From Podarcis vaucheri (taxonomy: Eukaryota), in the NCBI GenBank assembly GCA_965113315.1, contig OZ220370.1: a stretch of 64,000 nucleotides of DNA. One strand, given 5' to 3'. The translations under genes were made by a program, and so were the position numbers. How positions within the stretch are numbered: the stretch's first letter is position 1; the number at the start of each line of letters is the position of its first letter. This document shows, one piece after another, positions 38,601-50,600 of this stretch. Below the pieces are notes generated by a model. That model saw only the letters and a list, made by a program, of their open reading frames with translations. It ran no database searches and had not been told where the DNA came from.

Positions 38601-41600
38601 AAAATCTTTAAAAGAACTGGCATTTCAAAAACTATAGATCGTTGTTGTTTTTGAAGAAAGAGATATTATTTTCTGTCTGAGTCAACTGTTCACTGCATAA
38701 CTTCTATTTAAATATATGCATTTCTGATAAATGATATACAATGTATCTTTTCTTACTGTTAACATATTTAGTATTTATAAACAAATTGTAACATCATGCT
38801 AAATAAATGAAATAAGGAATGAAATATCCATCAGAAAATAAAAATCACTGACAAGGAAATAAACAGATATTAAAATAGCTCCAGGAGGAATGAAATTAAT
38901 TTTACAAAACTAAAATGTATTAACTAGCTCTAAACATGTATTTATTTCTTCCCCTGCTCTCAAAATGCTCAAGATAGCCTAAACTTCAGGCAGCCATAAC
39001 AAAATTGTACAACCAGAAGCATCATAACACAATGCTAATAAAATAAACCCCATCCATAGCCTAGTATATTCTGGGATGTTCAATAGGAGCAACCAGCAAG
39101 AAAAACGTTTTAGAGGTCTTAGTTTTAAAATTAACATACAGCCTCATATTTCCATCCAGTATTTGTGTATCTTAGTCCCTAGTTCCAAACAAATATGCAT
39201 TTAAATCTATCTTGCTGACTTCAGCAATACTGAAGCGCTTGTGGAGCAAGATCAGAGCATTTCTGTTCAATTTCTTCTGTTAGTGATTTTCTGAATGTTT
39301 CAAGTTGTCTGAATGGATGTTGATAAATACCAACCTAACCGAATGTGAAAATATGAAAATGGTCTCTAAACTTCAATTACTGCATATTTCTGCCCTTTCT
39401 GATAATTTCTACTATAGTTAAACCTAGTTTAATAGCAATCAGAGTTAAGAGATGAAACAAGCAAGCTAAGCCTGTCACTAGGGTCAGTGCCAGATGAATT
39501 CATGCTTGAAGACCCTTGTCCATGACTAGAAAGACTGTGAATCCCAGTGAAATAGGACAAGAAATACTTATAAAGAAATGGTGAGGACAACACAAAGTTC
39601 TCTAGTTAAAATGAATCAACATTCTGAATTTCCTCCAAAGACAATGGTGGTAAGGGAGAAACAGCTATGAATATGAATTGACAAAGTGAAGCTATGTAGC
39701 TCTTTATCTGATGATGTATATAAGACATATATGCACTCACAGGTACATATAGAAAGATGAAGATCAGTATTCAGGATACATAATGAAGAAAAGATGTAAA
39801 ACTAGAATGAATGTGCAAAAATTATACAGAATGCCAGCATTGATCCTAGCACAACTTAGCATCTATGTTTATATCCTCCAGTGGTTGACTCAGCAGTATA
39901 TTTAGCTGATATATTTTTGCTTCCAAATCACATCCTTATTGTTTTTTCTTTCCCAGAAATCAGAAAACGTATCTTCTATGATATATTTTGTATTGAAATA
40001 GAGCTATATTTTTCATCATTAATGTAATCATATATAAAACATACATGCTCCCGGGCATGCCATCCACATACGGGAGATTAGCTAAAGAATACAAAACCTC
40101 TAGTACAATGTAGGGAAGCACAAATGAAGATGTGTATAAGAAAGTGTCAGAAATGAGGGAGACAAATGAGTAGGGCGAACATATTTGGTCCTAGAAGAAA
40201 GATGGCTTGAAACATAAATGAAAAAGTTAACATTGAAACTCATAATTAAACTTAACTGAGATCATATGATTTCTATGGTTTAGGCGGCAAAATGAGCAGA
40301 TGAGTTACAACAATCACAACTTACTGCCTGCATAAGGCACTCATGAAGCAAAGCTGCTGTAACACAAAGATAAAAGAGATGGAATGAGAGAGAGAATTCT
40401 TGGTTCCTACCTGAATGGTAGGTCTGAGAGTTTAGTGAAACCTTGTGGTCAAAGGGCATGAACAGCAACATCCTACTTGAAGACCTTAAATACCCAAGGG
40501 AGAAGGAACCATTGTTCTCACCTGAAAGGTATTTGTCCTTGGATGATCTAAAGTTTTCAAGGTGCCATTCCCTTTTAAAAATGTTTTTTTCAACTGCCAT
40601 ACTAGGTTTCCTTGTTCCTAAGGTTGGTCTTATGTTCTGCTGTGTACTCAGTGAGCTTTTTCTGGTGCAGCGGTTTGTTATTGTATAATTTGTGTGTGGG
40701 GTTTTTTAAGCTTGCACATGAAGCAAACTGAAGCCTAAGGAGAAAACCATCTACTTCCTCTAAAGTTCAATGTTCCCTGCCTTTGAGCAGTAGGGGGAGC
40801 CAAACCCACTTGAACACTTTCAGTCACTCAAAAGATGAGAAAAGCAGTTCCTTTTAAGTCACATTAATTTAATTTAAGTAACACTCAACCTCTCTCTGTC
40901 TCTCTCTCTCTCGCCCCCCCCCCATGTGCCCATCCTCAAGTCGAATCAACCCTGGCGATCAATGGGGTGACAGATGTCGCAGCCAGATCGCCCTCACATC
41001 AAGTGATTTCCCCTGTTTTTCCATATTTGTTAATGGTGGCTTCCTGTCCTTTTGAGCCTGTTTTCATCATACGTACTAGTGATTTCCAGAAGCACACACT
41101 GTATCATCACAAGCCATATCCAACCAATTCATTCAAATAAATGGATTTACATCATTCATGTCCATTTATTTCAATGGATTTAATGAGTTAGTTGGATTCA
41201 ATTCACTCTGTGCTTTCCATTTTTATGTGCTTCTTTTCTACATACATACTGTTGTGTGTTACTGGGCTAAAGGGTATAGGTAGCAAAGCAGTAGAACAAT
41301 AGACACATTTAACAAAGCCACACCCTTACATGTCTGATCAGCAGGCACGTACTTGGTGCTGGCAGCAAACTACATGTTGATTCCCACTGGGGTAGAGGCA
41401 GTGCTGCCTAGAAAAATTATTCTCCCATGAAGCTGAAACTTTTGCAGGGAGGAGCAGTGACAACATACACAGCAGATGCAAATTCTCCCCACTCTCTCCA
41501 AGGCTGGCAGAACCATAAAAAGGAGAAAGTGGCAGAGCATAATCTGGGATAATTTTGAGATGACGGTGGATCCCAGCTATGCCATCTGCCTTAAAAAAAA

Positions 41601-44600
41601 GCTGAAATGGGGGCAAGTTTCAAGGGCATTACACCAGACAGCTCCCGTTCCTCTTGCTGGAAGAAGATACACAATAGCGGCTTAGGAGGCAACAATGGAG
41701 CGCTTGGGGTGGGGAAAATACAGTATCCCAGCATACTGGGCAGGCACAAGTAAACAAAGCATTTTGCTTACAGCTCTGTGTGCAGTATCACCTATGAGCA
41801 CTGAAGTACTGCCCACAAACAAAACCACAGGCAGGAAGGAAATCCCCTGTAGTCCCTACCCCCCCACTCCAAAATCAACCCCAAAAAGATTGATAAATAC
41901 ACCCCTGAGTGTCCACCACAGTAGGGAAGACTAATGTAATCGCTTTCTTACACCACCTTAAAAATGTAATGATTCCTCTTGTAGGAAAACCACTGCAGTT
42001 ATTCTCACAAGATTTTGCAGGATTGTTTCTGCCAAAGGATTTTAGGCATGCACACCTAAAACCTTTATCAAATTCTGCCCAATTTAGAGCTCTTTTCTGA
42101 ATCAGGGTCTGAACAAATCCTCTGGTCAGTGCACATCCCCAATATTATCCCCATTTAAATATGTTGCCTTCTTCAGTGTAATACCATTTTAAGCATGTAC
42201 CTATGGTTTTAAAAATCTACATGAAATATTTTTTGCCATAAAAAAGAGCAAAGTATTAAAGATTGGAAAGCACTTTCACACAAAGGGATAAATAAATGGC
42301 TTGTGCATGCTAGAAATAAAACACAGTGTATTGAGGATTACATGGAGGAATATTTACCAACATCAATGATATGACTTATTATCAGGGTACTTTGCTGAGA
42401 ACTTTGACCAGAATGTGGAATAATGCAGCAAAGAGGGGTACAGAGTTATATAATACTGAAGATCAAACTTCCATTAGTAACCAAATACAAGGCAAAATAT
42501 AAGGCAACAATAAAGCAAAAACCTGGTGAAACAAGTAGCAATGCATTTTAAGGGTACTACTAACATGTACATTCCTCTTTTTAAGAGAAGTTTGTGTAAA
42601 AATGAACATCACCATAGATACATGAAGAATTTCAGTTGATTATACTGAAAAATAGGTGCTTATATAAGACTCTGAACCTCCCCAACCTTCACCAGTTCCT
42701 TTGTTGATGTAACAGCAAGTTACAATCAGCTAGAAAGGCATAGATGGAAGGGTAAGGTAGATTTGGTATGTCTATTTTAAAGACTTAAAATTGTTTTAGT
42801 GCATTGAATTTTTTATATTAATAATATTTACAAATATAAAAATTATAAGTATGTTATGTTCACAAACTGAATGTTTATTTTAAAAATTAAATCCCATTGT
42901 GGAACAATTTGCTCAAAATGTATTAGGATTTTCAAATGACTTGAATAAATCATTTTACATTTATATGAATTCCTGCTGCTTGTTAAACGAAAATAAAGTA
43001 GGATTTGCTGCATTTAAAAAGACAGTTAGTAAATGCCCTTAACTAGGAACCAGATTTAATCAGATTTGTAAGAGGTGAATCTAGTCAACACAGTAACCTT
43101 TGGATAGGTCAGTTATTTCATATGCAGACCCTCCTTCTTAAAAAAAAAGAAGAAAGATTTAAACTTAGTCCATTCACATCTCACCTAGCTTTTCCAGATG
43201 CATTCTTAACTTTTCTGAATGACTGATTTGCTGAGGACCTTGTGGAAAGAGTTCTGGGGGAAGCACGAACAAAACTGGATGGTGGTGTCTTGGGGATCTT
43301 CTTTACTAAATGAGAAACCCATTTCTTTTGATCTTCTTGACAGGGGGCTAACAACAACATATCTCTTGCTGAAGTTACATCATAACTCACTATTAATGAG
43401 AAAAAAAGAATACTGTTAAATAAAACCAAAATATAATAAAATACCGTATTTTTCGCTCTGTAACACGCACCTGACCATAACACGCACGTAGTTTTTAGAG
43501 GAGGAAAATCCGTAGGCATGCCACCCGTAGGCATTCCCTCCATAACACGCACAGACATTTCCCCTTTTTAGGAGGAAAAAAGTGAGTGTTATGGTGCAAA
43601 AAATACGGTAAACATTATCACCACTGGTTGGCTAATGAAAGTATTGAACAAACACCTCTCATTCACTGGAGGTTTTTAATAAGAGATTGGGTAGTGATTT
43701 GTCATGGATACTTTGGTTGAGATTCCTGCATTGCAAGGTGTTGGACTAGATGACCCTCAGGGTTTGTTCCAACTCTACAATTATATGATTTTAAAATAAT
43801 GTATTATGGTTGGTAGCACTTAGGTACATACTTTACAGCAAAGAAATTCAGATCTTTCAAAATTAAAACTGCACTACTTAGTTGCTTAGGGATGCGGGTG
43901 GCGCTGTGGTCTAAACCACAGAGCCTAGGGCTTGCCGATCAGAAGGTTGGAGGTTCGAATCCACGCAACAGGGTGAGCTCCCGTTGCTCAGTCCCTGCTC
44001 CTGCCAACCTAGCAGTTCGAAAGCACGTCAAAGTACAAGTGGGTAAATAGGTACCGCTCCGGCGGGAAGGTAAACGGCGTTTCCGTGTGTTGCTCTGGTT
44101 CGCCAGAAGCAGCTTAGTCATGATGGCCACATGACCCGAGAGTCACCCGTGACTGGACTTAACAGTCAGGGGTCCCTTTACCTTTACTTAGTTGCTTAAT
44201 TGGTTAATCAATTTAAAACAGATTACTGATTTAAAAGTTACACAGTCACTCAGCATATTTCAATATATTTTCAAATTACTTTTAATAAAACTACATATAA
44301 ACACAAGCACTTGGATGTCCTCAAAATCAGCTGTGGGGGTTTGGGGGACCCTCCAGAACAGATTTAAGGGTGGGGGCAGAAGAAGAGGAGAAAAAATGGA
44401 AGTCCCATTCAGCCAGTGGAATTACACATGAAGAGCACCAGATACAACCCATAATCTAATCAACCTAGTTTGGATTGCCCCTGGGATAGAACTGCACTGA
44501 ATTCAAATATAAATATAGTCACCTTACCTTTACATGGTGCAATTAATTCTTCCTTTTTATCCAAGTGATCTCTATGGCACTTAACATGGCATCGCCTACA

Positions 44601-47600
44601 TTCTACTGCAGGTGGTGGCTTAAATACATGCCAGAGGGGCTTGGCACAAGCCTCACAGTTGGCTGGAAAGTGGTATAATGTTGGGATGAATTCATGACCT
44701 TTATGATTCAGAAAGGTTGTCTTCTCTGGTGGCTGAACTGGTTCTGCTTCCAAATCTTTTCGGCACTCGCCCTCATTGGCATATAGAATCTGAGCAGAAC
44801 AAGAAAGGCATAGAGTAGTATTTCATTCATTTTTCTTCAAAGTTGACAAAGTTTTTTAAAGAAACTATGTTCAAATCAAAACATGACGGTTGCTGTTACC
44901 TGGAATATTTTAGGAATTTCCTCAGTTTCCGCTCTATACACATCTCCCTGTGTTACTGGTCGCACATGGAACAATTTTCTGAAATCAAATAAACATTGCA
45001 CTGTTTTAATAATTATATCACAACTAAGCAGATATTAGATCAAAATTAATTTCCCTACTGTTTAACATCAATATCCATTTTGCTACAAGTACATAACGTC
45101 ACTGCCTTTCCTACAAAATAAAGAATTATTGAGAAGTGTGCGTATATGTAACAGAGTATATGTAACAGGACGATGCAGCTGGATCAGGGACCATAGAAGT
45201 GTATCCAGTGGTGTTAATGGGCGTTCATCTGATGTTCACACATACATATTTACTGCAGGAAAATCTGGTGTGACATGTGAACATATAAAAGTTGTAGAAA
45301 TGATGGAGCTCAAGTGAACCATTCTTCTGAATAGTTGAGCCTATCCAGTCTGACAAAAACTAAAATGTATCTCTGTATCTAAAAACCCATAAAAATTAAA
45401 CCTTTTAAATTAGAAAATTCCCTTCTGTTATCTCAAACTGATATTAGAAGTACGTACTCTATATCTAATACCATGGATGGATTAGAATGTTCTCTGTCCT
45501 GTTCGTCGTTATAGAACAAAATCTTTCTGCTGCTGACCACAACATACTGAAAAAGAGGGAAAGGAAAAAGACTATTAATACATAAAAGGCAGTTCTATCC
45601 ACCTCGTCATTTCTCTGGAATAAAAAGAGAGGCTGTTCAGGTGTAATGCAAAATCATAGCTTGGCTTCTGATCCTAGTTGGTGCAAAGGATAAGTTGCCA
45701 TATCTCACTCAAACATCTGAGTTTGAGTTTAACTATGAACACAAGGAAGGGAAGGATGGAAGATGGGGAGCATGGAGTACACAAGCCTGAAATTGAGGGT
45801 GACATGTGAACCACCCCAGAAACATCATTAATCACTAATAAATTAGGATAAAAACCAATGATGCATATATACTGATTTTTACTCAGTTTTAATTGTTTTC
45901 AAAAATATGCAGATAGAAGAAATGATAACTAGATGACCTGGGTTGTTTTTTTGTACAGCATAAATCGTTTTACATAACCAATTATTTTTCAGCATGTGTG
46001 TGTGTCTTAGTAAGCATCAAATATTTTCTACCCATGCATTGGATGTAAGCTGAATAATTTAATATCTGATTTGCAATATGCTTCAAAAGAAAATATAATT
46101 CTTATATACCTGCTTCTTCCATCCATGACGTTTTATATTTCCTTTGTTTGGTATTGAAAGCCAGCCCTCCATTCTTGACTCTGTTGGAGGACATATTAGG
46201 CAACACTTTAATAACAGAGAACTATAAGAAAATAAATTTCATGCAGCCATTAGCAATTACCAAATAGACTGCTGAAGCAGGAATAAAAGCCACAGCTAAA
46301 TAAAAAACAGGATTGAAGCATTTTTCATGCTTAGTCACAAATTCATTTTCCATGGCAATAAACCTATTGCAGGATAAGCAGCAAAAGGGTTTACAAGGGT
46401 AACATCAAATACTGTTTCAATGGCAAAGTTTTGAAACAGCCAGACCAGACTTTGGTCTGAAAATGGTGGTATATCATGAATCATAGTATTATTAAAAATT
46501 TTAACATAAATATAATGTAACACTAGGAAAGGGAAGATGAAATACTAAGCATAAACGTATAGTAACTGAAAGCCACAGTTCACAATAAACAAAAAAGCAG
46601 GAGAGCAAACACAAAGTGCCCACTTGTCCCATTACTCACAGAAGGTAAGAATAGAAGAGAAATAAATAAGGAATGCAGGAAGAACCAGCTAGATATAAAG
46701 AATAAGAGAGAAGCAGTTTATTTAGTTTTCATACAACAATTTTGAGTCTGTGGTAAGATTCCTACATATAAAAGGCTAAAGGTTCTCTAAATGCTTATAA
46801 AAAGGACTGATGTTTGTAACACCAAATTTCATTACAAGTAACTGCCAGCTGGTAATATTCTAACCTGGGGCAGGGAGAGAGAACCCTGCCACATGTATCC
46901 CAAATTCAGGGTACTGTTTCAGAACCAAGTGTTGACTGAAAAATATTATTACTATTAAATTTATATTCCACCCTTCAGCCAAAGATTATAGGGTGGTTGA
47001 CAACATAAAAACACAAAATACTATTCATCATCATCTTCTTCTTCTTCACACAGGCAAACACATTTAAAAGTCCATAGATTTTTTAACAGCCAAAGGCCTG
47101 GTTAAAGATGAATGTTTTCACCTGGCTCCTAGCAGTAAAAAAATCATTTTTTACTGGATGCAAGTTTAATGACAGGGTACTGGGGCTGAGAGCTAGTGAC
47201 CTCTGATTACACAGTGAGTCTAGGCTAAAGTGGGACTTTTAAGCCCAGGCTGAGGTTCTTTACTTTCAGCTGTACTCCCCAATGAAACTCTCAGCACATT
47301 ATAAACAAAAAATGAACACAATCAGAATTCTTAGTGTGCAGAACCACTATCTGGAAAGATGCTTATACATCACGATAAGAAGACAGGAAGAGATAGCAAG
47401 CCACAGTTAGGAATGAAAGCTGCCGCCTTTCAATATGAAGTCCATTAAAGAACACAATACATAACACTATTCATAAATTCTGCTCACACATGAAACCAGT
47501 GCATGAGAAGGGCTGTGCCAAGTAGCCGTGCCCCCCAACATCATGTGCACCAACTAGCCCTGCCCTCTGGCATCTGCACATACAGCACAAATATCTGTGC

Positions 47601-50600
47601 AGATGTAGCCTTTGCGCACACAACTGACTTCCATGTGATCTGGAACCCCTCATAACTGAGGTTCAAGATTGTGCTGAATTCTTTGCACGTACAACTGTAC
47701 ACACAAAGGCCTTGTCACAACATATATTTACACTGTATGCTCAGACACCAGGAGCCAGGAATACTCAGCATACACAAAGTCGGTGCATGTGGTAGACCTG
47801 CTTTGGTAGGTCACACCAAAATGCGGTGGGTGGGAAGCAGTGGCGGAGGAGGAGGCGGCAGGCAAAGGGGTGAGGGCTGGGTGTACCGGCAATTTGGGTT
47901 TTTTCAAATAAAGCACTGCACATGTCTAACTTCTGAATAGGGCTAAAGAAGGTAAACAATCTGGTGGAGGAGTCAGAAAAGATAGCTGTAGTGTTCAGTC
48001 TCTAGGAATCCAATCCTAAATGCACTTCACTGGAGACTAGAGATATAGAATCTGGCCAGATGGCGTGAATCACATGTAAATGAGCAGAATAACTGTTACA
48101 TTTTAAAACTTGAACTGTTCACATTGCAGATTTTGATGTGAAATTATAATCTATATATTGTTTTTCCTATCTTTCCTTACCTCCGGGTTCCTATTATATA
48201 AGTTTTCCCATCTAATACTTTTTAAATAGAACTGTCAACTAAGTAAGAAATAATTAGGTAATTAATCCCTCGGCCATTCTGTCCACTATTAATTAAGATG
48301 TTTCATTTTTAATATTTATTTATTTTTTGTCTGTGAGTGAGCAGAAAGGACTTGCAATGTGACTTCACCTTCCTGTTCTCCACCCTGCAGCCCTCTGTAC
48401 ACCCTCAAAGTCTGCTCCAGAGAATTGGGAGATCCTCCAGAGCAGATTTTGGGGGCATGCAGGCCAAGAAGAGAAAGGAGAATGAGTGGAAGTCTGCTAT
48501 TGTGATGCAGACTTAATTTAATTAATTTAATTAATTAATTTAAACAATTAATCAGTTAAAAGACAGCTTAAAAGCATAAAATAATATAAACTGAAATGAC
48601 CCCAATTAATTTTGTTATCAAGAATCAGAAAACAATTCAGTCTTGATGTGTCAGTTATTTTGATATACAGTAATTGTAAAAGGGGAGCTAAGAAACAGGT
48701 GCTTTACAATTGTCAGGGGCTTTATTCTTTGCAGTAGTTAGATCATACATATAAATATAATTAAGATTTTTTTAAAAAATCCATATCACAAAACATAGTA
48801 TTAACAGACCTGTAGCTACTTTTTTTCTTCTGCAACAGTACATGTAGGGAAGTGGACTTGTTAATTATTTGTGCAATGGAAAATAATCCACAGTAAATCT
48901 ACTCTAACTAAACAATGATGGTAAATGCAGATATCACATCTACAGCTACTGTATAAAAAAAAATGACAACTTGCAAGCTGCATACTAAGGAATTATCTAA
49001 ATGGGAATTCAAGCTTTTAAATTTTCTCTATAGAGAAGTATGCAGAGAATTTTGCATCCTGCCTTTAAATATTATCATCTATCTACAAAAGAAATGTAAA
49101 ATAATAAAGCCAAAGGTTGTTGTTTTTTTATAAAAAAAGGTGATAGCTTTTCTGTATAGAAAAGAAAAGCCTGGTGAACAAGATGCATAAATAGTAAGCG
49201 AAACATCTATGCCTCTTACCTATAACATTCCCATCAGTGTCATCTGGCGGAAGGCTGGCAACACTAGTTGAGTCCATGCCTAGCTGTAAGTCATTAATTT
49301 TACTGCGCAGTTGTTCTATATCACTTTCCTTGCTATCCAACTGCATCTGAAGTTCATTCTTATGTGCAGACTCTTCCGCAATTTGCTGTATTCAGTAGAA
49401 AATGTGGGGAATATTATTTGTATGAACTAATTTGTTAAGAACATGAGGTATTCAAACTGAGCCAAACAAAATGTTCATTATTTGCAGATCTATCATCACA
49501 ACCTTGCAGAAACAAAATTATTTACTAGTATACAATATCATCACTGGCCAGTTTCAGTCTCTTAAATGAGAGATTTTCCAGTTTCTGGTCAGGTTTAACA
49601 CCAGTTTTGGCACAGAAACTGCCTTGGTTGCTCTGTTAGATTAACTTTGTCCTGCTACTTCCTTATGCATGACAGTAATCATTTGAAAACTCTTTAGCTG
49701 AACAATGTACTCCACAGTAGTTTAGGACAGACAAGCTGAGTCCTGAACAACATTTCATTCTCATATATGTTAGCTTTTAAGCAGAAAACCATCAGTGAAT
49801 GTATTTGACAGGACTATATAAAACCAAATGAAAAAAGGGGAAAGGCCTTACCGCTTGAATTTCATTAAGCTCCTTCTGGTATTTTATTACCATCTGATTA
49901 AATTTCTCCTTTTCTTGGTTAAGTTCCAATTGTAACTTCCGATTTTCCTTCTCTTTTTTCTTGTAGTCTTGCATGTTTACTTTCTTTCTATCTAGCTTAA
50001 AATCTTTGCGATTCATAATTTCAGCCAGTTTGTTGACAGCCTGTTATGTATCAAACAAATATGCACAAATTTGAATAGACATAAAAATATAAGCACATAT
50101 ATGGTCCCCAACCTTTTGGAATTATTCTAACCAATGATAACGTTTGACTCTTGTTCACAAATTAAATATTTTACAAAGCATTATCAATTAGTGAAATAAA
50201 TATATGGATCTCATATATTTCTATGGGTCTAAGCTATTTAACCCATTATTCTTCTCGAGCTATGTATGGAAATACTACCATAGCATGACCCTATAAACAT
50301 AAGCGGTTGCCTTATGTTGAACTAGCCCATTGGTCCATTTAATCCAGCATTGTCTACAGCACTTCGCAGCTTTGCTACCAGAGACCCTTAAACCAGTTCA
50401 GTCCTGCAGGAACAGAGAACTAAAGTCTATGCTTTACAACGCCACAAAGCAGCCAGCCTTGTGGTTTACTATGATGCCCAGAGAGATTTCCCTAAGCTCC
50501 ATTTTACATTTTCAAGATACAGAAAAGGATATAGCACTGAGGAACTCTGCTTCCAATTGTTACATTTCATACTGGTTGTTAAAATGTTCATTTATTTGAT

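Noticed and set aside
43889-43965. tRNA-like sequence
   Set aside because: Head of a Sauria SINE (continues into SINE body, tail and TSD), not a tRNA gene
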